NCBI GenBank assembly: GCA_034669905.1
Contig: JAXMOL010000010.1
Coordinates: 1 to 64,000 of the forward strand
Reading direction: 5' to 3'
Length of the DNA: 64,000 nucleotides
Source of the DNA: Candidatus Hydrogenedentota bacterium
GTDB taxonomy: Bacteria > Hydrogenedentota > Hydrogenedentia > Hydrogenedentales > JAEUWI01
Below, in pieces: positions 1-8,120 of the stretch (position 1 is the stretch's first letter; every line of letters starts with the position of its first letter). Position numbers and translations under genes: made by a program. The notes below the pieces were generated by a model that worked only from the letters and a program-made list of their open reading frames with translations, ran no database searches and was not told where the DNA came from.

Positions 1-686
1 GTCGTGTTCGTCGCGATAGCCGAGCTATTGGTGGCGATGTCCGTCGTATTTTGACTCACCGCACTGGCTTCTCCCTTGGTAGCGATGGCCGTCGCGTTGG
101 TCGTGATATTCGTCGTGTTCGTCGCGATAGCGCTCGCGTTGGCCGCAATATCCGTCGTGTGCTGCATGACTGCCGCCGTATCGATGGCGTCAATCTGCTG
201 CTGCACATTGCCCGTCACACCGTCCAGGGCGTCCAGTTCAGTGTTGTCCACCATACCGCTACCCACCCGCGACGCGTCTACGGCCACCACTTCCTGGGCC
301 TGCAGGGCGAAAGGCACGCTATAGACCCGAATCCGATTGGGGAACACATCGTCGGAGGCATCGTTATCCGCCGGCACATCCGTATCCACCCCCACGCTGT
401 ACCACACCCCGTTCGCCGTGAGCACTTCCGAAGGGGGCGTCACCGCCACATTGAAGAGACCACTCGCGGACACCGTGACCGTACCCGTAAGGGCGCTGCC
501 CAACACATTCCCCCCCGTCGCCGCATCATAAAACGTTACCTGATACGCACGATCACCGCTAATGGCATCCCCGCCGGAACCGATAAGCTGGCCGTGGACA
601 TTGATACTAGCCGGAGGGGCAGCATGGGCGGAGAAGGCCAATCCGGATATCAGCCAGAACAGAAAAACTACAGAACTTTGTCTCAT
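1..686 (-). CDS. Secreted fibre/adhesin-like protein, tandem paralog of 756..3044 (5' part only; runs off the window start)
   Basis: Not in the ORF track (no stop in window). ATG at 686 (cat 684-686) after AAGGA reads MRQSSVVFLFWLISGLAFSAHA-APPASINVHGQLIGSGG...RIRVYSVPFALQA...ATNTTNITTNATAIATKG; nt 1-614 align to 2359-2972. Confidence 0.85.
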   Translation of the reverse strand, partial: MRQSSVVFLFWLISGLAFSAHAAPPASINVHGQLIGSGGDAISGDRAYQVTFYDAATGGNVLGSALTGTVTVSASGLFNVAVTPPSEVLTANGVWYSVGVDTDVPADNDASDDVFPNRIRVYSVPFALQAQEVVAVDASRVGSGMVDNTELDALDGVTGNVQQQIDAIDTAAVMQHTTDIAANASAIATNTTNITTNATAIATKGEASAVSQNTTDIATNSSAIATNT

Positions 687-755
687 AAGAAGATTTCCTT
701 ATGTAAATTGTCGCCAGAACACCCTGAATCTTGACTAATTTTCGATTTTTGTTTT

Positions 756-3044
756 TTAAAATGCTAGTTCAACAGTTGGATATACATACTGTTGCAAGTT
801 ACCGCCGACACCCGCAGACAAGTCGAAGGTGAGGCAAAGAAACTCTCCGGGCGACACGGTCTTGTCCGCTTCCGTGCCGGACAGCGTGAAGCTAACTACC
901 GTATTGAGGGCCATACTGGCCACATCAATGGTCGCTGCCGAAGCGGTATGTTGAAGCGAAAAGTCTGACACCGACCGAATTTCTAAGGAGGCGTCCCACG
1001 TGCCTCCGTAGCTCCCCGACCGGACTGCCGCAACCAAGTTCGCTGAATTGATCACCATGTCACGGTGAGGAAGGGGAAAGAAAACTGCCCTAAATCCGTC
1101 GGCGAATGCGTTACTCGAGGGAACATTCACACTAAACCCGGTGGTGCCAGTGTTAAGGAAGAACTCAGTTGTCGTACCCTCCACAAGCACGATATCATTG
1201 AATAGTACGATATTGCTCGAGCCGCCCGCGTCAAGCTGCGTGCCGTTCCAAAAGAGGTTTCCGCTCGTGTTGTAGAGTTTGTTGGTCGTGACCCCCGGTG
1301 CCGATCCGGAGGCAATCTCGAGAATGTTGCCCGCGATATTGACCTCGCTGTTGTCCACCGTGAGCCGTGCCGCACCGTTGGTTACCATGGCCAATTGGTC
1401 CGCACCCGGGCGATGAATGCCCGTGTTGGAGTCGTTGGCGTAGGTCAGCGCCGGGGCACCTGCCGTGTCATCCGCCGCGTCCACGCCGTTGATGGTGATG
1501 TCGTTGGGCACCTGAGCGTCGGTCACCGACCCCGTAATCGCCGAGAAGGCGTGGGCATGGTTACCCGCCGCCACTTGCAGGGCACCTGTGCCAATGGCGC
1601 TCTCGGCATTGAGGTCACTCAACGCGGAGAAGGAGTTATTGTTTACCGTACCACCGTTGATAGAGATGGTGTCGGGCACTTGGGCATCGGTCACCGATCC
1701 CGTAATGGCCGAGAAGGCGTGGGCATGGTTACCCGCCGCCACTTGGCTCGCGCCCGTGCCAATCTTGCTCTCCGCCGTCAAGTCGCTATAGGCCGAGAAG
1801 GAATCGTTGTTCACCGTGCCACCCTGAATCGTCAGGCCATCGGCAACTTCGCTGTCCAGCCAATCGAATCCGAGCGTTCCGGCGTTGTTGAGGCCATCCT
1901 TATCCAGGCTGCTGAGGCCCAGCTGGGTGGCCCCGAAAAACAAGGTTCCCGACACGTTGTAGAGCTTATCCGAAGTGTCGCCCGGCGCCATGATTTGGGG
2001 CAGCCCAAGATAGCTATCCTTCAGCACCAACCCCTCGGCCGTCACCCCGGTATCGGTCGTCGCCTCGGTGATTGTGTCCACCCCCAGGGTACCCGACATG
2101 GTATCCCCCGCCGCATCCACAAAGGCCGTATCGGCCGCCGTCTGCGTATAGACGTCGGCGCTGTTTGCCTTGGTGGCAATGGTAGTCGCGTTGGTCGTGA
2201 TATTCGTTGTGTTGGTGGCGATAGAACCCGTGTTCGAAACGATATTCGTGGTGTTTGTCGCGATATTGGTCGCATTGGTCCCAATGTCGGTCGCATTCTG
2301 ACTCACGGCGCTGGCATCCCCCTTCGTGGCGATGGTGGTCGCGTTCGTCGTGATATTCGTCGTGTTCGTCGCGATAGCCGAGCTATTGGTGGCGATGTCC
2401 GTCGTATTTTGACTGACGGTACTGGCATCTCCCTTGGTAGCGATGGCCGTCGCGTTGGTCGTGATATTCGTCGTGTTCGTCGCGATAGCGCTCGCGTTGG
2501 CCGCAATATCCGTCGTGTGCTGCATGACTGCCGCCGTATCGATGGCGTCAAGCTGGGCCTGCACATTACCCGTCACACCGTCCAGGGCGTCCAGTTCAGT
2601 GTTGTCCACCATACCGCTACCCACCCGCGACGCGTCTACGGCCACCACTTCCTGGGCCTGCAGGGCAAAGGGCACACTGTACACCCGAATCCGATTGGGG
2701 AATACGTCGTCCGACGCATCGTTATCCGCCGGCACATCCGTATCTACCCCCACGCTGTACCACACCCCGCTTGCCGTAAGTACCTCCGAAGGGGGGGTAA
2801 CCGCCACGTTGAAGAGACCACTCGCCGACACCGTCACCGTGCCCGTGAGCGCGCTGCCCAGCACATTGCCCCCCGTCGCCGCATCGTAAAACGTAACCTG
2901 ATACGCCCGCTCTCCACTCAAGACAGCGCCACCGGAACCGATAAGTTGACCGTGGACATTGATACTAGCCGGTGGCGCGGCAAATACCGATAGGCCCATC
3001 ACACCACCACCTATAATTCCGAGAGTTCTGAGAAAGTTATTCAT
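756..3044 (-). CDS. Secreted trimeric fibre/adhesin-like protein (signal peptide, conserved N-terminal domain, Asn/Thr-rich heptad stalk, tail-fibre-like repeats, distinct C-terminal tip)
   Basis: ORF 756..3083; probable start ATG 3044 (MNNFLRTLGIIGGGVMGLSVFA). IATNTTN heptads, a duplicated 56-aa block containing VAAGNHAHAFSAITGSVTDAQVP, and the motif APALTYANDSNTGIHRPGADQLAMVTNG resembling phage fibre repeats. Confidence 0.75.
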   Translation of the reverse strand: MNNFLRTLGIIGGGVMGLSVFAAPPASINVHGQLIGSGGAVLSGERAYQVTFYDAATGGNVLGSALTGTVTVSASGLFNVAVTPPSEVLTASGVWYSVGVDTDVPADNDASDDVFPNRIRVYSVPFALQAQEVVAVDASRVGSGMVDNTELDALDGVTGNVQAQLDAIDTAAVMQHTTDIAANASAIATNTTNITTNATAIATKGDASTVSQNTTDIATNSSAIATNTTNITTNATTIATKGDASAVSQNATDIGTNATNIATNTTNIVSNTGSIATNTTNITTNATTIATKANSADVYTQTAADTAFVDAAGDTMSGTLGVDTITEATTDTGVTAEGLVLKDSYLGLPQIMAPGDTSDKLYNVSGTLFFGATQLGLSSLDKDGLNNAGTLGFDWLDSEVADGLTIQGGTVNNDSFSAYSDLTAESKIGTGASQVAAGNHAHAFSAITGSVTDAQVPDTISINGGTVNNNSFSALSDLNAESAIGTGALQVAAGNHAHAFSAITGSVTDAQVPNDITINGVDAADDTAGAPALTYANDSNTGIHRPGADQLAMVTNGAARLTVDNSEVNIAGNILEIASGSAPGVTTNKLYNTSGNLFWNGTQLDAGGSSNIVLFNDIVLVEGTTTEFFLNTGTTGFSVNVPSSNAFADGFRAVFFPLPHRDMVINSANLVAAVRSGSYGGTWDASLEIRSVSDFSLQHTASAATIDVASMALNTVVSFTLSGTEADKTVSPGEFLCLTFDLSAGVGGNLQQYVYPTVELAF
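1487..1823. repeat. Intragenic ~168-bp tandem duplication in the fibre gene
   Basis: 1512-1577 matches 1680-1745 (offset 168 nt); the protein block TVNN.SFSA.SDL.AES.IGTGA.QVAAGNHAHAFSAITGSVTDAQVP occurs twice. Confidence 0.85.
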
Positions 3045-3199
3045 GAGAAAACGCTCCGCTACGTAGTTATCTAGTCGCAACACTGAAGGGTGTACTTTAA
3101 TTTATTTATTGACAACATGCAAGAAATTTGCAGCTATCCCGCAAAAACCGCTAACCTCCCCAAAGCACTGCTATACGCCCTACCGAGACAGGATCCCCG

Positions 3200-3724
3200 A
3201 TGGAACAATGGAAAAACACCGACACCGTCTACGACGGCACCGTATTCCGCGTCAAGACCGGCACCGTCACGCTCGACGACGGCACCACGGCCCAACGTGA
3301 AATCGTGGAACATCCTGGCGGCGTGGGCGTCGTTCCCTTCGATGGCACCCACGTCATCCTGGTCCGCCAATACCGAATCGCCCCCGGCAGGTATATTCTG
3401 GAGATTCCCGCGGGCAAGAAAGAGGGCGAAGAAGACCCGGCGCTATGCGGCATGCGGGAGCTCATCGAAGAGACGGGCTTTCGCGCGGACTCGCTGGTGC
3501 CCGCAGGCGCCGTCTACGCCACCGTGGGCTATTGCTCCGAGAAGATCCACCTTTACCTCGCCTTCGACCTCACCCACGTGGGCCAGAATCTGGACGAAGA
3601 AGAGCGCATCGAATTGGTCAGGATGCCGCTGGAAGAAGTGCGCCAGGGACTGAAGGAACACCGCTTTGACGACGCCAAGACCGTGGTGGGGCTGCACGCC
3701 CTGTTGCAGCATCTGGCGGGGTAG
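3200..3724 (+). CDS. nudF: NUDIX hydrolase, ADP-ribose pyrophosphatase-like
   Basis: Nudix box GKKEGEEDPALCGMRELIEETG; REIVEHPGGV and LVRQYR motifs typical of ADPRases. Confidence 0.85.
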   Translation: MEQWKNTDTVYDGTVFRVKTGTVTLDDGTTAQREIVEHPGGVGVVPFDGTHVILVRQYRIAPGRYILEIPAGKKEGEEDPALCGMRELIEETGFRADSLVPAGAVYATVGYCSEKIHLYLAFDLTHVGQNLDEEERIELVRMPLEEVRQGLKEHRFDDAKTVVGLHALLQHLAG

Positions 3725-3786
3725 TACAAAAGGTAACGTAAGCTGTCCATTGGTTGGACAGCCTGACCTTGAACGAAAATCGAAGA

Positions 3787-3833
3787 GGGTGCCCCCCTTA
3801 CGCGGAGGAGCGCAGCGGGGGAGCTTACGGGTG
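3787..3833 (+). repeat. Dispersed ~48-bp hairpin (REP-like) repeat, degenerate copy 1
   Basis: gggtgccccccttacgcggaggagcgcagcgggggagcttacgggtg resembles the copies at 53242-53289 and 60969-61016. Confidence 0.7.
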
Positions 3834-3934
3834 CAATCAGTCCGTTGCAAAGAGGTCGCAAAAAGGACTAGTCTGGTTAGCGTTGCTCATGTAGTCTCTC
3901 ATGTTTGCAGGTAGACTGAAGCGGGAGTAGAGTT

Positions 3935-4585
3935 ATGAAACGGGTCGGTTGGTATGCATTGGCCGTCACAATGCTCGTCGCGAGCTTTCTGCAATTTCGG
4001 GATGCCTACGTTGGCTTGGAGCCCCTCCACCTCACCCACTCCCACCGGAACCTGTCCGTCACGTCCTTGTTCGGCGAAGAGTTTCCGGCGTCTGACCGTG
4101 TCGTCATTCGAGACGGATTTCTCATCCCGGATTACAGACTCGATGACGGCTTCATAGTCGCCCACGGCACGTCTGCACTGCTAACGGACGAATCCGGCAA
4201 AACCCATTGGCTGAAGAATCGTTTAGAAGGGCCCGTGACAGACAAGTCCGAAAATTACTTGTTTGTGTCTCTCCAGGAAGAACAATATCGGCAACTTTGG
4301 CCGGAATTGCAGGAGGACCCTCTATCCGTCGAGCCCCTTCAAATGGAACTCTTTGGAACGTTGGAAACGTGGTCATCCAATCTACCGACAGACGATGTGG
4401 GCGGGACCTTCTCCTTGCAGGTCCTTCGTCTCGAAAGACCTTTGGCACCATGGTGGCTCCTCCTGAATTTTGGCTTAGGCTGCCTTGTTCTCTGGACGGC
4501 CATCATATTTCTACGTTGCGGCAAGACAAACTCGGCAACGGAGCCAGAGGGCACAAAGATTCCAGACCCGGAACCCGCGTGCTGA
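3935..4585 (+). CDS. Hypothetical membrane protein (N-terminal signal/TM, C-terminal TM)
   Basis: 216-aa ORF with GGAG RBS and hydrophobic segments at both ends; no family recognised. Confidence 0.65.
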   Translation: MKRVGWYALAVTMLVASFLQFRDAYVGLEPLHLTHSHRNLSVTSLFGEEFPASDRVVIRDGFLIPDYRLDDGFIVAHGTSALLTDESGKTHWLKNRLEGPVTDKSENYLFVSLQEEQYRQLWPELQEDPLSVEPLQMELFGTLETWSSNLPTDDVGGTFSLQVLRLERPLAPWWLLLNFGLGCLVLWTAIIFLRCGKTNSATEPEGTKIPDPEPAC

Positions 4586-4673
4586 GGGGGGCATTTGGCG
4601 CAGGAGAATACCCGGGCCCCCGTGGAGACGGCACTTCCCACGGTCCGGCGAGCCTTCCACACCACCCAAAAAC

Positions 4674-4703
4674 TTGACCCAAAGCGCCCCCAATTAGTAT
4701 GCT
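4674..4703 (+). promoter_or_regulatory. Putative sigma70 promoter of aspS
   Basis: TTGACC (4674-4679) - 18 nt - TATGCT (4698-4703). Confidence 0.5.
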
Positions 4704-4768
4704 ATGTCCTTTCCTCCCGGTAGTTTCCGGGTCTTTTTTTCTCGTTAAATTTCCCCTGTGAGGCCCCC

Positions 4769-6553
4769 ATGCATCCATTCCGAACACACACCTGCGGCGA
4801 ACTGCGCAAGGAAAACGTCGGTGAGACGATCCGCCTGTCTGGCTGGGTCCACCGTAAGCGCGACCACGGCGGCGTTATCTTCATCGATCTGCGCGACCAC
4901 TATGGGCTGACCCAGGTCGTTATTAATCCCGACAGCCCCTGTTTTGAAGATGCCGGCAAGGCCCGCAATGAGAGCGTGCTCACCATCACGGGCGAAGTGC
5001 TCCTCCGTGATGCGGAGGCCATCAACCCCAATATGGTCACGGGCGAAATCGAAATCATCACCCGCGAACTCGTCATCGAGTCCCAGTCGGAAATCCTGCC
5101 CTTCCCGGTCAACCAGGAACTGGATTGCCCCGAAGAGATGCGCCTGGAACACCGCTTCCTCGACCTGCGTCGGGAGCACATGCACCAGAACATCATGCTC
5201 CGCTCCAAGACGTCCGCCTTGGTGCGCAAGTATATGACGGACCGGGGCTTCACGGAATTCCACACGCCCATCCTCACGAGCTCTTCGCCGGAGGGCGCGC
5301 GGGATTACCTCGTGCCGAGCCGTCATTACCCCGGCCACTTCTACGCCCTGCCCCAGGCGCCCCAGCAGTTCAAGCAGCTGCTCATGGTTTCGGGTTTTGA
5401 CAAGTACTTCCAGATTGCCCCCTGCTTCCGCGATGAAGATTCCCGCGCCGACCGCAGCCCGGGTGAGTTCTACCAAATCGATATTGAAATGTCCTACATC
5501 ACGCAGGACGAACTCTTCGACGAGTTGGAAGGCTTGCTCTGTACCCTTTTCAAGGAACTCTCGAACAAGAAGATTGTGGCGGAGAAGTTCCCCCGCATTC
5601 CGTTCCTGGAAGCCTTTGAAAAGTACGGCAGCGACAAGCCCGACATCCGCTTCGATCTCGAAATGGTGGATTGCACCGACCTCTTTGGCAACTGCGACCT
5701 CAAGGTATTCAGCAGCCAGGTCGAAAACGGCGGCGCGGTGAAGGTCATCAATGCCCCCGGCGCGGCGTCTCAGTCCCGCAAGTTTTTCGACGATGCCGAG
5801 AAGTTTGCCAAGTCCCAGGGTGCCCGTGGGCTGGCCTGGGTCTCCCTGCGCGACGGCGAAATGAAGGGCCCCATCGTCAAGTTCCTCAGCGAAGACGAGA
5901 AGGCGGCCCTCACCGAGCGCATGGGTGCCAAGGAAGGCGATGCCCTTTTCTTTGGTGCCGGCAACCGCAAAGAGACCAACGAGCTCCTCGGCAAGGTGCG
6001 TGGCTATCTGGGCAATGCCCTTGACCTCATCGACCCGACCCTCGCCTCTTTCTGTTGGATCGTGGACTTCCCCATGTTTGAGTACAACGAAGAACTCAAG
6101 AAGGTGGACTTCAGCCACAACCCCTTCTCCATGCCCCAGGGCGGTATGGAAGCGCTGGAAACGATGGACCCCCTCGATGTGCTGGCCTACCAGTATGACA
6201 TCGTGTGTAACGGCATCGAGCTGAGCTCGGGTGCCATTCGTAACCACCGACCTGACATCATGCTGAAGGCCTTCGACATTGCGGGCTATGACGAGGAAGT
6301 GGTGAAGAACGAATTCCCGGCCCTCTGGAAAGCCTTCCAGTTTGGCCCGCCCCCTCACGGAGGCATCGCCCCGGGACTCGACCGCATCGTCATGTTGCTG
6401 GCCGACGAGCCCAACATCCGCGAGGTCATCGCCTTCCCGCTGAATCAGAAGGCCCAGGACCTGCTCATGGCGGCCCCCAACAAGGTGAAAGACAACCAGC
6501 TGGAAGAGCTTCACCTTCAGGTGAAGTATCCCCCGGTTCCCGAGAACAAGTAA
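4769..6553 (+). CDS. aspS: Aspartate--tRNA ligase
   Basis: RTHTCGEL N-terminus, RDHGGVIFIDLRD OB-fold, PEGARDYLVPSR, FYALPQAPQQFKQLLM, YFQIAPCFRDED, PPHGGIAPGLDR. Confidence 0.98.
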   Translation: MHPFRTHTCGELRKENVGETIRLSGWVHRKRDHGGVIFIDLRDHYGLTQVVINPDSPCFEDAGKARNESVLTITGEVLLRDAEAINPNMVTGEIEIITRELVIESQSEILPFPVNQELDCPEEMRLEHRFLDLRREHMHQNIMLRSKTSALVRKYMTDRGFTEFHTPILTSSSPEGARDYLVPSRHYPGHFYALPQAPQQFKQLLMVSGFDKYFQIAPCFRDEDSRADRSPGEFYQIDIEMSYITQDELFDELEGLLCTLFKELSNKKIVAEKFPRIPFLEAFEKYGSDKPDIRFDLEMVDCTDLFGNCDLKVFSSQVENGGAVKVINAPGAASQSRKFFDDAEKFAKSQGARGLAWVSLRDGEMKGPIVKFLSEDEKAALTERMGAKEGDALFFGAGNRKETNELLGKVRGYLGNALDLIDPTLASFCWIVDFPMFEYNEELKKVDFSHNPFSMPQGGMEALETMDPLDVLAYQYDIVCNGIELSSGAIRNHRPDIMLKAFDIAGYDEEVVKNEFPALWKAFQFGPPPHGGIAPGLDRIVMLLADEPNIREVIAFPLNQKAQDLLMAAPNKVKDNQLEELHLQVKYPPVPENK

Positions 6554-6568
6554 CCCCCCGAAACGCCC

Positions 6569-6608
6569 AATGCGCCACCGCTCCTCGGAACGGTGGCGCA
6601 TTTTTTTT
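6569..6608 (+). terminator. Rho-independent terminator of aspS
   Basis: aatgcgccaccg...cggtggcgcatt stem followed by a T run. Confidence 0.85.
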
Positions 6609-6670
6609 GGACAGATTGGCAGGGTGGCCACGGTGGGCCGATCGTACGAAGCACTTCGAAAGGAACGACG

Positions 6671-7516
6671 TCAGCGTTGCTTCAATCGGGGGTAAATAAT
6701 GCCGCCATAAGCAAGGGTCAGAAAGGCGACCCCCAGAAAAAGGCCAATGTTTGCAAAGGCCCCCACGAAGGGCACCCGTACGATTTCATGGCGGGACGGG
6801 CTGAGCGGATCGAATCGCACCTGCAACATGGTGCCTGGGGGTACAAAGGCTGGCCGGGATGCTGGCACAACCGATGCCGTCTGCGCACCCGGACTTCGGC
6901 TGTTTCGCGCGCCGCTACCCGGCACCCTCACCGGGCCGCTTCGTTTTTTGGAGGCCACATTCAGGGCCTGAAGGGTCGCATCCGAAAAGCCGGCCAATTC
7001 TGCCGCCTGGTCATATCGACCCTCCCGCAGCAGCCGCTCCACATCCTCCGGGAAGTCCTGCACGCTGTTGTAGCCCTGGGCCCGAAGGGCCTGCAGAATG
7101 GGTTCGGGCACTTCGGAAAAGTTACTCACCCCATTCTGACGAAGAACGCGCTGCACGTCCGGTGGCAGGTCTTTGAAACTCAGATACCCCTTCGCGTGAA
7201 GCAAGTCCTGGATTTCCTTGGGCAACTTTCCATAGACCAGGCGGGTCAGGCGATCGAATCGTGCCTGTCCCTGATAGGAACGGCCTTCGACCGTATAATG
7301 GAAGTGCACCTGCATGGAGGGGCGGGACGCTTCAATGGCACGGGTATTTTCCACCAGGGAGACGGCGGTAACCTGTGCGGGAGTAGATTGCCATTGGGCA
7401 CGGGGCGCCACCCGCCACCAGCATACACCGGTCGCAATCGTAAGTCCCACCAGGAGCACGGCGATGTACTCCAGCGGCCCTAGGCGTAGCCTCCGAGACT
7501 TTTGCCTGAATCCCAT
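6671..7516 (-). CDS. DUF3592-like membrane protein with an inserted helical repeat region
   Basis: TM, then W..T.AQV...VHFHYTVEGRSY, and GTMLQVRFDPLSP before a C-terminal TM; 19-aa repeats inserted between the two halves. Confidence 0.65.
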   Translation of the reverse strand: MGFRQKSRRLRLGPLEYIAVLLVGLTIATGVCWWRVAPRAQWQSTPAQVTAVSLVENTRAIEASRPSMQVHFHYTVEGRSYQGQARFDRLTRLVYGKLPKEIQDLLHAKGYLSFKDLPPDVQRVLRQNGVSNFSEVPEPILQALRAQGYNSVQDFPEDVERLLREGRYDQAAELAGFSDATLQALNVASKKRSGPVRVPGSGARNSRSPGAQTASVVPASRPAFVPPGTMLQVRFDPLSPSRHEIVRVPFVGAFANIGLFLGVAFLTLAYGGIIYPRLKQR

Positions 7517-7529
7517 GCCAAACTACCTC

Positions 7530-8048
7530 TCATTCCCTGCTATCCACATGATGGCGCCATCGTGCCTTTACGCGGGGATAGGCCCATAGCAACAAGGCCC
7601 AGCCACAAAACGACACCATGAGCGTTCCATAACGCCACAGCCGGTTGGATGGTGCATATTCCGTGTGCAATTGGCTCCGCGCCGGGTTGGCCGGATCGTA
7701 CCACACGAGCAGGGGAAAACCCGGCTGCGTCAATGCCCCGATATCCTGCGCTGAAAGGGCGTTGGGGCTGTACGCATTCGGCCAGTCCCCTTCCCAGGAA
7801 TCGGCATAGCGCTGCCCCCCTACCTGATAATGATACTCCACCCGCACCAACTGCGCGGTCATGAGCGCGGTGGATGCCGGACCATATCGATAGGCATTGT
7901 CGACCATGCCGTTGGTGAGCTGCCAGGTACTGCCATCCCCCAGACCAATGGTCAGCGCCAGAACGACGGCCAGCCCCGTCGCCAACAGGGCAAAAAGCAC
8001 ATCCGCCGGCCCCGGGCGGTTACGCGTCTTATGGGTGTGCAGGGACAC
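7530..8048 (-). CDS. DUF3592-like membrane protein
   Basis: ORF 7530..8096; in-frame GTG at 8048 follows GAAGGAG. Motifs VEYHYQVGGQRY and VWYDPANPARSQL between two TM segments. Confidence 0.7.
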   Translation of the reverse strand: MSLHTHKTRNRPGPADVLFALLATGLAVVLALTIGLGDGSTWQLTNGMVDNAYRYGPASTALMTAQLVRVEYHYQVGGQRYADSWEGDWPNAYSPNALSAQDIGALTQPGFPLLVWYDPANPARSQLHTEYAPSNRLWRYGTLMVSFCGWALLLWAYPRVKARWRHHVDSRE

Positions 8049-8120
8049 AGGACGGACTCCTTCGGGTAAGGATATTCTATCATGCGCACCCCCCAAGCGT
8101 GGCCACTATTATACCAACCA

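Noticed and set aside
1..3044. Prophage or diversity-generating retroelement explaining the fibre duplication
   Set aside because: No phage structural genes, integrase or reverse transcriptase in the window; the differences between copies are mostly synonymous and not adenine-specific; both genes have signal peptides.
3725..3934. Integron attC site before the orphan gene
   Set aside because: The hairpins lack RYYYAAC...GTTRRRY core ends and there is no integrase.
4745..6631. Long antisense ORFs (also 1395..2993, 19749..20726, 21220..23415, 29152..30843, 32302..34881, 46381..48399, 57446..58837)
   Set aside because: They mirror well-supported genes on the opposite strand, as expected from GC-rich codon bias, and show no recognisable motifs.
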